A stretch of DNA of 40,468 bases. Source: Promethearchaeota archaeon. Lineage in GTDB: Archaea; Asgardarchaeota; Lokiarchaeia; Sigyniarchaeales; SOKP01. Shown here one piece after another: positions 17,388 to 26,989 of the stretch (its first letter is position 1; each line of letters opens with the position of its first letter). Location: the NCBI GenBank assembly GCA_011364925.1, contig RDOA01000032.1, positions 1 to 40,468 on the forward strand. The letters are read 5' to 3'. A program made the translations under genes and the position numbers. Under the pieces are notes generated by a model. It was not told the origin of the DNA, searched no databases, and worked only from the letters and a program-made list of their open reading frames with translations.

Positions 17388-18755
17388 TTATAGCTGCTTA
17401 TCGATTTCATCTATTTTGTCTTGAGTGGTTTTTAGATCGCTTTTTAATTGACTTATGCGCTTTTCGTATGATTTCTTATCCATTTGTTCCGATGAATATT
17501 TTTTCTCTATAAATTCAATTAAATTTCTAACTGAATTAAGTTTACTCTCTAACGCATTTTTGTGCTCTATTAATTCACTCTTTTTCGATTTTTTACCAGA
17601 TTTTGGTTTTGGGAGGGGTGCTAGTTTTTCTTCCGAATCGAGTTTCGGTAGTCCTATAAGATCTTCTTTCTTCTTTAAACTATCGGGTTTAGGTGGTAAC
17701 TCTGACAAATCTTCAGGAGGAGCTAACAACTCATCAAATCCGTCTGCTATGGAAGACTTTGGTTTTTTTGATGAACTATTGCTTGGATTTTTCCCTAAGC
17801 TCTTTGATGTAGTAGAACTTATCTCAGAAGATGTAGCTGTTTTCACGAGTTTATCAATAGTAGTTTTAATCATTTCAATTTGACTTTGGAAGATTTTTAG
17901 TAATTCTACTAACTCACTTTGCTTTGATATATTCATAGAAAAGTTAATATCGACTTTTTGGCCACTTTCGGAGCCAGATTGAGAAGTGGATGGAATATAA
18001 TCTGAAGATTGATGAACTTCTGATTCTACTTGAGGTGTGATTGCCGGAATTGCCCCTCTTGAATGCAATTCCATTCTATATTCTGAAATTAACCACGAAA
18101 AAACATTAAACGCAAAATTGGGATGCTCGTCATTACTAAATCCACCACCTACTCTATCCCTAAACAGCTCATAGCTTCCTATCGCGCAAATTCTCCCATT
18201 ATCGGGTTCAGATACACAAACTAGTGCCGAGGAGAATGGTTCGGAAGTTTCATTAGATGATACGATTGATATTGCACTTCCTAAAACACTTAGAGAGCAA
18301 CCAGAACGATAACATAGGGAACTAATACCATTTGTAATTGGATGTGGTGGTATGAATGCTGTAATAATCGGCATATTCTCCATACCTAAATTGTAGGTTG
18401 TGTCTAAAACTTGATCATTTTCGAAAACAATACCAAAATTTTGACTAAGTTCGCTTAAATTACTATTTCGTCCTCGATCTCCACCAGCATGGGACAAAAG
18501 CAATAAACCTCCTCCATCTTGTCTAACCCAGTTATTTATTTCGGTCATCTCCATTGTAGTAATTCTAGCAAAATCAGGACAAACAAATACTAAGATATCA
18601 AAAGGTTTCAATGAATTTTGAGTAATCGGCGTTTCTAAGAAGTTATAACAAAGAAAATCGTTTGAATTTAAGAAATCTCTTAATTCCGTGAGATTCTCAT
18701 CTATTTTTCCACGAGGTTTATGTGCTACATCAAACGCGATATTATATTTTGGCAT
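17388..18755 (-). CDS. GIFT/DUF4350 (IFT52/GldG-like) domain protein with a Ser/Pro-rich linker and C-terminal coiled coil
   Basis: IAFDVAH...GGGLLLLSHAGG...NLSELSQNFGIVFENDQVLD...HPITNGI...YRSGCSL...GRICAIGSYELF...NVFSWL. Confidence 0.75.
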   Translation of the reverse strand: MPKYNIAFDVAHKPRGKIDENLTELRDFLNSNDFLCYNFLETPITQNSLKPFDILVFVCPDFARITTMEMTEINNWVRQDGGGLLLLSHAGGDRGRNSNLSELSQNFGIVFENDQVLDTTYNLGMENMPIITAFIPPHPITNGISSLCYRSGCSLSVLGSAISIVSSNETSEPFSSALVCVSEPDNGRICAIGSYELFRDRVGGGFSNDEHPNFAFNVFSWLISEYRMELHSRGAIPAITPQVESEVHQSSDYIPSTSQSGSESGQKVDINFSMNISKQSELVELLKIFQSQIEMIKTTIDKLVKTATSSEISSTTSKSLGKNPSNSSSKKPKSSIADGFDELLAPPEDLSELPPKPDSLKKKEDLIGLPKLDSEEKLAPLPKPKSGKKSKKSELIEHKNALESKLNSVRNLIEFIEKKYSSEQMDKKSYEKRISQLKSDLKTTQDKIDEIDKQL

Positions 18756-18869
18756 AAAATCACAAAATCTCTTTATAATTAATATTATTTTAACTAAAAT
18801 ATATTTTACGACATTAATTAAAATTTCTTAATATCTCTTAAATATCCTCAGCCAAATAAATAATCGTGA

Positions 18870-19967
18870 TTAGAAAATACTTTTGTCTCCTATAATTAAG
18901 TTATTTTTGATAATATTTTCAACTTTTACATTACTACCGATTATAGATTTCTCAGAAATTACATTTTTCAAGTTTGTATTACTTTCAATAACACAATCTT
19001 CTAAAATACAATTTTCTATAATAGAATCAGCTCCAATCGAGGCGAAAGGTCCCACTACCGAATTGATTATTTTAGAATTTTCTCCAATAAACACTGGGTT
19101 TTTTATGTAGGATTTTTCTGTTGTTATGTTTAATTCCTTAAAGTCTTCAACTTTAAGAGAATGTTGTTCTAATAAATACTTGTTTCCCTTTAAAACTTCA
19201 GAGGGTCGACCAAAATCCAGTATCCCTTTTTTCAGATTAATAGCTGCAATTTTGAAGCCATTATTGATTAAATCTTGCAAACTCTCTGTTAAATAGATTT
19301 CTTTAGAATCTTCCGCTCTCTTATCTAAATAGCCCTTAATTATCTCAAAAAGTGCTTTAGTTGCAGAGTTAGAGAATGCGTAAATTCCTGCAATAGCTAA
19401 ATTGGAGACGAATTCTCTAGGTTTTTCAATCAAGTTTTGAATTATTGAATTCTCATCAACAACAACTACACCATAGGAGCTTGCATCCTCATTAGGTACT
19501 TCCATCACAGTTATGATTCCATCAACATCAGATTCATAATAACGATACATTAAATAGGAATATTCTTCAATTGGTATCATATCAGCTAAGAATATTAAAG
19601 ATCCATCACGCTTATCTGCTTCATTATTTGGATAACTTATTTCTTCAAATCTCGTATTAGCTAAGTAGACTGCTTCTCCTAATCCCCAATAAAAAGGGAC
19701 ATCATCATTGTACCCACGAGGTTCTTGCTCAATGAAAGTCAATTTAAATTTATCACTATACTTTTTTTTGACGAATTCTGTAATTTGCCTTTTCCTATAT
19801 CCTACAATTAGAATCAATTCTGTATCTGAGTCAAATGTATCACTGAATTTATTTAAAATATGTTCTAGGACTGTCTTGCCAGCAATATTGATAAAAGTTT
19901 TAGGCTTACTCAATGTAAATGGGCGTAATCTCGACCCTATACCAGCACATGGACCTATAATTTTCAT
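18870..19967 (-). CDS. Sugar-phosphate nucleotidyltransferase (glucose-1-phosphate thymidylyltransferase long-form-like)
   Basis: AGIGSRLRPFTLSKPK, EQEP, YGVV...EKP, DFG, and C-terminal hexapeptide repeats. Confidence 0.92.
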   Translation of the reverse strand: MKIIGPCAGIGSRLRPFTLSKPKTFINIAGKTVLEHILNKFSDTFDSDTELILIVGYRKRQITEFVKKKYSDKFKLTFIEQEPRGYNDDVPFYWGLGEAVYLANTRFEEISYPNNEADKRDGSLIFLADMIPIEEYSYLMYRYYESDVDGIITVMEVPNEDASSYGVVVVDENSIIQNLIEKPREFVSNLAIAGIYAFSNSATKALFEIIKGYLDKRAEDSKEIYLTESLQDLINNGFKIAAINLKKGILDFGRPSEVLKGNKYLLEQHSLKVEDFKELNITTEKSYIKNPVFIGENSKIINSVVGPFASIGADSIIENCILEDCVIESNTNLKNVISEKSIIGSNVKVENIIKNNLIIGDKSIF

Positions 19968-20021
19968 GTTTTATTAAAAATTAACATTATATAACCTATT
20001 TTGATATATAAATTCACTAAC

Positions 20022-20798
20022 TCAATAAAACTTTGACTTATCTGAATCGAATAATCTTTGCATATAGCCAAACAAGAGATCTAATCCTTGTTCTTCTTTT
20101 ATTGAACAGGGGATCAATTCAGAAGTAGAGCCTAATTGACTGAATACTTCTGATATGAGCATAGACAATTCTCTAATAAGCCCACTTTCCCTTTCATTGG
20201 TAGAGTCTTCTAAAGCCTTAAAATCTTGGCTCCAATTAACGATCATTTCAATTTGTTCTTCGTTTAGTAAGTCTACTTTTGACAATACATTAATTTGCGA
20301 TATATTTCTAAATCTAAATTGCACTGAAGCAGCAAGTAGGAGCGTTGAGATAAAACCGTTTGGTCTAAGCACGAAATTTGCATCAAAAAGGAAAGCTACA
20401 GCCCGTTGGATTGTTCCAAATCCTAACGTACTAGCTATCAACGGTCCTGTCTCTCTAAAAGCGAATAGTTCGAGTTGTCCTGCAGTATCCACAAAAACCC
20501 AATCGGGATTAAATTCATCGATTTCATCCTTTATATCATCCAAATAATTAACCATTAAATCAGACGCTAAGATCATTCCTCCATTAGGCCCTAATCCGTA
20601 TTCTGTCATCACTTCTTCGAGAACTATAAAGTCTCTTATATCTATATCAGGAGCATACGGTAAAATTTTGACACCAGGATCCAAGTTTAATGTAATAGCG
20701 GATATCTCTGGATCTCGATCTGTAACATAGTCTTTAAACAATCCTGTTAAAGAACTCTTGCCACTTCCAGCTGTTCCTATAAAATAACATAATAAAAT
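20022..20798 (-). CDS. GPN-loop GTPase; probable ATT start at 20798
   Basis: NLDPG, GLGPNGG, DTAGQLELF, SKVD. The P-loop GTAGSGKS is in frame upstream of the track's start at 20741. Start position is inferred. Confidence 0.93.
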   Translation of the reverse strand: MLLCYFIGTAGSGKSSLTGLFKDYVTDRDPEISAITLNLDPGVKILPYAPDIDIRDFIVLEEVMTEYGLGPNGGMILASDLMVNYLDDIKDEIDEFNPDWVFVDTAGQLELFAFRETGPLIASTLGFGTIQRAVAFLFDANFVLRPNGFISTLLLAASVQFRFRNISQINVLSKVDLLNEEQIEMIVNWSQDFKALEDSTNERESGLIRELSMLISEVFSQLGSTSELIPCSIKEEQGLDLLFGYMQRLFDSDKSKFY

Positions 20799-20905
20799 GA
20801 TTATATCAACTCTAATGAGTTTAATGTCCTCATTTATATCTTAATTTTTAAAGCTAATTAAAGATTTATGCTAAGGCAACAATAAAAACTAGAAAGAAGA
20901 TACGA

Positions 20906-21886
20906 TTATTGTGGTGCTTTTAATTTTTCTAATTCAATTTTTTCTTCTTGTTGCTTTTTAAATCGCTTAATTTGATTAGCAATTGCCACTTCCTCCTTTT
21001 TTACGAGTTCTTCATCGCATAATGTGATTGCTTGAAGTTCCTTTTCATCCATTGGTTTTAAGATATCTTTAATGCTAAAACCATTATTTTTTTCAGTTGT
21101 TTCTCTGAAAATAGTTTTCATTTCCTTTATTACGAGAAGCTTAGCCGAGGATCCTGAACCTGGCATCATTGACTGCATTTCTTGGCTTCTAATTCTTTCA
21201 ATAGATGGACCGGGAATTCTCTGAGGAACACCAGAGGGTGGAGCATAAGAAATTGGATTAGTAGGCATATTCTGCAATGTCAATGCAAGGTTTGCTAAAT
21301 GTTTTTCAATATTTTTTAAAGTTTTATTACTCTCGTTCATCATTGCAATTACAGAATGATCCATTGGAATGCTTTCTATGCTACTTTTCTCGTATATGAC
21401 AGTTTTCTCTTCTTTTTTTTGATTGAAATCAGTTTTTGTTGCTTGAACTACTCTCTCTTGAGTAACCTTTTTTCTCTGATTTTTAGGTGATCTTAAATCA
21501 ATAAATTGAAAACCTGCGTAACAATCGTCATTCACCCATATATCAGAGACATTGAATTTCTCTGAAAAAGAATATTCAATTCTCTCACCAGAATAAAGAT
21601 AAATCGTTAACATTAATATTTTAATCTGAATATCAGAATATCCGTGAATCTCATCTAATTCAATTGTAAAACCCAAATATTCGGTTGAGTGGTATATTTT
21701 TTTAATTGAGAGCAAAGAGGGAGATTGCTTGTAGTATATCTCGTGTTTAACAATTTTCGAAAGTTCAAACTGGATATTTAAGCGGTTTATCCTCTCAGGA
21801 AGAAATAGAACTTGCTCTTCCTCGTCTTTTTTGAATTCTAAAAAAAGTTTCTTTTGATCGTCCCAAGACACTTGGAACAATTCCAT
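20906..21886 (-). CDS. Hypothetical protein with a short coiled coil, a Pro-rich segment and a charged helical C-terminus
   Basis: 326-aa ORF: NKTLKNIEKHLANL, PTNPISYAPPSGVPQRIPGP, AKLLVIKEMKTIF. Confidence 0.75.
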   Translation of the reverse strand: MELFQVSWDDQKKLFLEFKKDEEEQVLFLPERINRLNIQFELSKIVKHEIYYKQSPSLLSIKKIYHSTEYLGFTIELDEIHGYSDIQIKILMLTIYLYSGERIEYSFSEKFNVSDIWVNDDCYAGFQFIDLRSPKNQRKKVTQERVVQATKTDFNQKKEEKTVIYEKSSIESIPMDHSVIAMMNESNKTLKNIEKHLANLALTLQNMPTNPISYAPPSGVPQRIPGPSIERIRSQEMQSMMPGSGSSAKLLVIKEMKTIFRETTEKNNGFSIKDILKPMDEKELQAITLCDEELVKKEEVAIANQIKRFKKQQEEKIELEKLKAPQ

Positions 21887-22043
21887 TTTGACTATATCCC
21901 GTGATATCGTTAAATTTCCAATTTATTGTATTATTATTAAAATCTGTTCTAGGCTTTAATAAATAACGACTTTACTAAATTAATGATTTTTAAGTCTTAA
22001 ATCATAATGTAATCAGCAGATTTTAACACAAAAAAACTAAAAA

Positions 22044-22430
22044 CTAAATCTTTCTTAATCCCGACAGGTAATATATAGGTTTATGTAAGTGAGATTCGAA
22101 ATGTTCAATTTCTTCTCTTGATTGTTTTCCAATATAGTTATCAACATCAAGGACTAATATTGCATCCTGATCCTTTAATTTTCGGATTGCAATCTCTTGA
22201 AGTTTATCCCATTCTTGATCATTAAACTTCTCTTTATTTAATAGTCCATCCACTGAGCAAACTCCAACAAGTTTTTTATAAATAATTTGTAATATTGACT
22301 CGATTTTAATGAAATGATCCTTAAAGCGAATAGAACCAACTAAGTAGATTTTTTCCTCTTTAATTTTCGAGAAATCGTAAGCTTCAAATTCATCCAAGAA
22401 ATTCTTATTTAACCTTTCTTTCTTCATCAT
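22044..22430 (-). CDS. Small NDT-like Rossmannoid protein
   Basis: KIYLVGSIRFKDHF...DAILVLDVDNYIGKQSREEIEH...KPIYY. Start taken at ATG 22430. Confidence 0.6.
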   Translation of the reverse strand: MMKKERLNKNFLDEFEAYDFSKIKEEKIYLVGSIRFKDHFIKIESILQIIYKKLVGVCSVDGLLNKEKFNDQEWDKLQEIAIRKLKDQDAILVLDVDNYIGKQSREEIEHFESHLHKPIYYLSGLRKI

Positions 22431-22465
22431 AATTGCAAAAATGTACATTCCTATATAATTCTCAT

Positions 22466-23266
22466 ATGAAATTAAACGCTGTCTATCTCGCAGACAACCT
22501 AGAATTTATGAGGAAATTGGATTCAGAAGTAATTGATCTTATCTATATCGATCCTCCTTTCTATAGTGGTGTTGATTATAAAGAATTCAATGATTTATGG
22601 AAAACACTAACAGATTATATGGACTTTATGAAGCCAAGGATAAGAGAGGCTCATCGGATCCTTAAGATAACAGGTAGTTTTTATCTACATTGTGACACTA
22701 ATGCAGTTTTTGATTTAAAACCGATATGCGATGATTATTTTGAAAGACAAAACTTTAGGAGAGAGATAATTTGGAATGTTGGGAGTGTTTCGGGTTTTAA
22801 AAGCCAAGTAAAAGGATGGGTTCGCCAACACGATACGATATTGTATTACACAAAATCAGATAATTTTACATATAATAAACAATATATACCCTATCGAGAA
22901 GATTATATTAATAAAATGTTTCGATATAAAGATGAAGATGGGCGCATTTATAGAAAAAGAAGAAATGGAAAGCAATATCTCGATGAAAGTCCCGGTACTT
23001 TAGTTGGCGATGTTTGGAACGATATCTATTCATATCAAACTATAACGAGAGCAAAAGAATACCACGGATACCCAACCGAAAAACCTGAAAAATTATTAAG
23101 AAGGATTATATTAGCATCATCTAAAGAGGGTGAAATTGTAGCAGATTTTTTCTGTGGATCGGGGACAACATTATCCGCTGCTCAAAAACTAAAAAGAAAA
23201 TGGCTTGGAGTGGATAATAATCCTAAAGCAATAGAGATGTGTAAGAAAAGGTTGAGAATAAGTTAA
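22466..23266 (+). CDS. Site-specific DNA amino-methyltransferase (N6-A/N4-C, beta class)
   Basis: DLIYIDPPF (motif IV) precedes YPTEKP and DFFCGSGTT (motif I). ATG at 22466. Confidence 0.95.
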   Translation: MKLNAVYLADNLEFMRKLDSEVIDLIYIDPPFYSGVDYKEFNDLWKTLTDYMDFMKPRIREAHRILKITGSFYLHCDTNAVFDLKPICDDYFERQNFRREIIWNVGSVSGFKSQVKGWVRQHDTILYYTKSDNFTYNKQYIPYREDYINKMFRYKDEDGRIYRKRRNGKQYLDESPGTLVGDVWNDIYSYQTITRAKEYHGYPTEKPEKLLRRIILASSKEGEIVADFFCGSGTTLSAAQKLKRKWLGVDNNPKAIEMCKKRLRIS

Positions 23267-23283
23267 AATCAAATTGGCAACTT

Positions 23284-25257
23284 ATGTTTGAGGGCTATTT
23301 TGGCAAAATATTGTGGATTGACTTATCAAGTGAAAAGATTTCAGTTCAGGAAATTTCTGAAGAGATGATAAGGCAATACATTGGTGGCTATGGATTGGCT
23401 TGTAGGTTAATTTACGAAAACAATCGTCCTAAAAAGGATGCTCTTAGCCCCGATTCTCTTTTAGGATTTTTTCCAGGGTTGTTAACAGCTACACCCGCAC
23501 CTCTCTCGGGAAGATATATGGTTGCTGGTAAATCTCCTTTAACGAATACATGGGGGGACGCAAATAGTGGAGGTACTTTTGGTCCGGAGATAAAGAAATG
23601 TGGTTTTGATGGTATTTTAATCAAAGGTACTGCTCAATCTCCTAAATATATCTCAATTTTTGACAACAATATCGAAATTTCAGATGCTTCTAAATTATGG
23701 GGTCTTGATATAATTGAAGCTGAGAATAAACTCAAAACGCAGCATGGAATTTTCATCAAAACAGCTGGTATTGGAAAAGCTGGAGAAAAATTATCCAGAA
23801 TTTCTGGTATTGCTAATGACAGAGGAAGAATTGCTGCTAGATCAGGACTAGGAGCAATCATGGGTGCAAAAAAGCTAAAAATGCTTGTACTGAAAGGAAA
23901 AAACCAAGTAAAATATCATGATAAAGAATTATTTTTAAACTTGGTGAAAGAATACTATAAGGAAAACAATCCTAAAAACATTTCCAGTTTTGAAAAGCAA
24001 TTTTTTGGTAAGTTTATGAACATGGTGAAAACTTTAAGAAGACTTAAAATCGGAATGAACGCATCTGCTAAAATAAAAAGAGGTATAAGTAGAAACTTTG
24101 GGACGTGTAGTGGGAATACCTATTGTGCGGAAGTAGGAGATTCTCCAATAAAGAATTGGTCAGGTATTGGTATGTACGATTTTAATTATGATCGGACTAG
24201 AGATATTTCTGCTTTTGAAATAAATAAATTTAAAATACGAGAATATGGGTGTTTTAGTTGCCCTGTTCAATGTGGTGCAATCCTTAAAATTCCTGAATTA
24301 AATTTGGAAGAAACTCATTTACCTGAATATGAGACTTGTAGTGCATTTGGTTCATTATTAATGAATTCTGATCTCTTGTCCATTATCGAAATTAATGAAA
24401 TGTGTAATCGGGCTGCAATTGATACAATCTCAACTGGATCAACAGTAGCTTTTGCTATTGAATGTTTTGAAAAGAATTTAATTACAAAGGATGATACTAA
24501 TGGATTAGAACTACAATGGGGAAATTCTAAAGCTATAGTTGAACTAGTTAAGATGATTATAGAAAGAAGGGGTATAGGGGATATCCTTGCTGATGGTTCC
24601 AAAAAAGCGTCAGAACTAATAGGTAAAAACAGCAAACAGTATGCGATTACATCTCTTGGTTCAGAATTACCAATGCATAATCCAAAATTTATTAATTCGC
24701 TGGGTTTCTCATATGCTTACGATCCAACGCCAGGAAGACATACGACTGCTAGCATAGATTATATGGAAGCAGGTCCATTTGATGATTTTGAGAAAAAACT
24801 AATGTTCCCTAAAAAAAGAAAGAGTGATTATCATCAGAAAATTAAGTCCCAGATAATAGCTACAGGATTTCACCAAGTTTTATGTGCCTCAGGTCTATGC
24901 ATGATGGCACCCCAATTTGGATATTACCCATTTTTAGATCTTATAAACGCACTAACTGGATGGGAGATGGATATTGATGAATGCATCAAGATAGGTATAA
25001 GGATCCAAACATTAAGACAAGCATTCACATTAAGGGAAGGCGTTGATATCGCTAAAAATGTCTTACCGGGAAGATCTATTGGGGATCCCATTGATGAGAG
25101 AGGCCCTACTAAAGGTGTTAAGGTAAAATATGAACAATTTTATAAGGACTACTGTAAAGAGATTGGGTGGAATCCTGACAATGGATACCCATTAGAAAGA
25201 ACTTTGAAAAACTTGGATCTCGATTTTGTTAGAAAGGATCTTTACGGAGAGAATTGA
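23284..25257 (+). CDS. aor: Tungsten-dependent aldehyde:ferredoxin oxidoreductase family protein
   Basis: YIGGYGL, KSPLT, NSGG, AARSGLGAIMGAKKLK, CFSCPVQC, PEYET, DTISTG. Confidence 0.95.
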   Translation: MFEGYFGKILWIDLSSEKISVQEISEEMIRQYIGGYGLACRLIYENNRPKKDALSPDSLLGFFPGLLTATPAPLSGRYMVAGKSPLTNTWGDANSGGTFGPEIKKCGFDGILIKGTAQSPKYISIFDNNIEISDASKLWGLDIIEAENKLKTQHGIFIKTAGIGKAGEKLSRISGIANDRGRIAARSGLGAIMGAKKLKMLVLKGKNQVKYHDKELFLNLVKEYYKENNPKNISSFEKQFFGKFMNMVKTLRRLKIGMNASAKIKRGISRNFGTCSGNTYCAEVGDSPIKNWSGIGMYDFNYDRTRDISAFEINKFKIREYGCFSCPVQCGAILKIPELNLEETHLPEYETCSAFGSLLMNSDLLSIIEINEMCNRAAIDTISTGSTVAFAIECFEKNLITKDDTNGLELQWGNSKAIVELVKMIIERRGIGDILADGSKKASELIGKNSKQYAITSLGSELPMHNPKFINSLGFSYAYDPTPGRHTTASIDYMEAGPFDDFEKKLMFPKKRKSDYHQKIKSQIIATGFHQVLCASGLCMMAPQFGYYPFLDLINALTGWEMDIDECIKIGIRIQTLRQAFTLREGVDIAKNVLPGRSIGDPIDERGPTKGVKVKYEQFYKDYCKEIGWNPDNGYPLERTLKNLDLDFVRKDLYGEN

Positions 25258-25288
25258 GATTATTATTTATTTCAATCGAAATTTCCTT

Positions 25289-26383
25289 TTAATATCTGTT
25301 ATCAATCAGATTAAGAACTTGAATTATTTCTTCTTCTTTCTGCATAAGCGTTAAGAAAAATTGACTAAATTTATTTCGACCATTTTGTGTTTGCATTAGC
25401 TCATAAAGTGGAATTTGATTATCCTTAATCCATAATAGATTAGTCTTGTATTTCTCAGCCTCCTCGAGAAATATAAGTTTCAGATTACTTTCAAAGTAGG
25501 TGGTAAATTCATTGTAGATTCTACTGGCTTGGGTAAGATATTTGGCTATATCCAGTGAAACGAATTTTATACATTCTGCAAGATAATATTGGGCATATAA
25601 TCTTGCTTGATAGAGTACTTCTAGTTGCCAAAATATAAAATGTTCTTTGAGTGAATATAATTCGTCGGTAGGGTGAAGTGATTTCACCATTTCTGCGTGT
25701 AATTTATAAGCCTTTACTCCACAAACCCATTTTTCTTCTTCTTGTGGAGCATCGATTATTCCCTTGATTAACAGTTCCGTTGCGTTAGTGATACTATTTC
25801 TAACTGCTTGTTCCATTGGCAATGGATTTGATAATTTGTTTCCGATAACCACAGCATAATGCAATTCATTAGGGTGGATTATAACATAATCTTCCACTTC
25901 TGTAAAATCATAAATTCGTCCATAAAAAACATTTTGAGAAGTATCATAACCTGTAATTATGACATTATGACCTCGTCTTTCAATTGGAAACCATTCTACA
26001 GCAAAAACTGGTACATTTTTATCAATAGATCCTATAATTTCTTCTTTGAACCCTTCTTCGGCTTGACGGATGATTTTTGTTTCTCGACCAAGAGTATTGA
26101 ATAAATTTTTTATCCCCGGCTCATCTTTTCTTGGAAATTGATAAATAGAGCCTCCCATACCCGATAAAAGAGTCTCAGCATTCCATCCAATAAAAAAAGC
26201 TGCGCCAGAAAGACCAGCAATAAAGATTTTTGAAAGATGATTCTCCTTTTCAATGTAATCGAATATAATCTTCATCGTTGGCACAATATTCAGATCATCG
26301 GTGACTTGATCATTTGTCACCAATTCTCTGCCAATTCCCATCCAAATCAGAGGTTTTACATTAGGTAAATTTTTGTCTACCAT
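25289..26383 (-). CDS. Hypothetical protein with a BtrH/C39-like papain-fold N-terminal region
   Basis: AGLSGAAF...IIGSIDKNVPV...GHNVIITGYD, followed by a helical C-terminal half. Confidence 0.55.
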   Translation of the reverse strand: MVDKNLPNVKPLIWMGIGRELVTNDQVTDDLNIVPTMKIIFDYIEKENHLSKIFIAGLSGAAFFIGWNAETLLSGMGGSIYQFPRKDEPGIKNLFNTLGRETKIIRQAEEGFKEEIIGSIDKNVPVFAVEWFPIERRGHNVIITGYDTSQNVFYGRIYDFTEVEDYVIIHPNELHYAVVIGNKLSNPLPMEQAVRNSITNATELLIKGIIDAPQEEEKWVCGVKAYKLHAEMVKSLHPTDELYSLKEHFIFWQLEVLYQARLYAQYYLAECIKFVSLDIAKYLTQASRIYNEFTTYFESNLKLIFLEEAEKYKTNLLWIKDNQIPLYELMQTQNGRNKFSQFFLTLMQKEEEIIQVLNLIDNRY

Positions 26384-26462
26384 TAGAAATCTATAGAAAT
26401 ATTAATTTGAAAAACATGGATTTTAATTTTGTAATAGATGATTTTTATTTAGAGTTTTAAGA

Positions 26463-26849
26463 CTAATCCTTCTTGAAAATTACTTTTTCTATACCAACCC
26501 ATTCTTTCGCTTCTTCTAAACTAGAGACAATTTTCCTTTTTGGAGATTTGGCACGATTTATGAGATATTGAAATTCTTCATCTAAAGGGGGATTTTTTGA
26601 AATGATGAAAGCCGATCTAAACAATCTTTCGTTGTTTCTCCTTAAGAGGTCAAGGATTATTTCAATTGAATCAATGTTTAAAAGAATAGCGTCAGTAATG
26701 TCGACGATTACACTCATTTTCTCATGGACATCTTTGGTTAATTCACCAAACTCTTTTATAAATCTTTCAGCTACTGGTGGAGGAAACGTACCCGTCGCTT
26801 TTATATAAAAACTGGTCTCGTTAAGCTTTTCAATTTGGTACATACACAA
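26463..26849 (-). CDS. STAS/SpoIIAA-like small protein
   Basis: YIKATGTF...VIVDITDA...RSAFII...VSSLEEAKEWV. Confidence 0.6.
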   Translation of the reverse strand: MCMYQIEKLNETSFYIKATGTFPPPVAERFIKEFGELTKDVHEKMSVIVDITDAILLNIDSIEIILDLLRRNNERLFRSAFIISKNPPLDEEFQYLINRAKSPKRKIVSSLEEAKEWVGIEKVIFKKD

Positions 26850-26989
26850 TTCATACCTTCAATTATAAATTTAATTTATTCACTTTGTTCATATTAACTT
26901 TTTTATTCTGATGGTATCACGACTCTATTTCCATCAAAAACTTTTTTTAGAAAAAAAACGATTTAAGGCTTGTTCTATTTAAAAATTTA

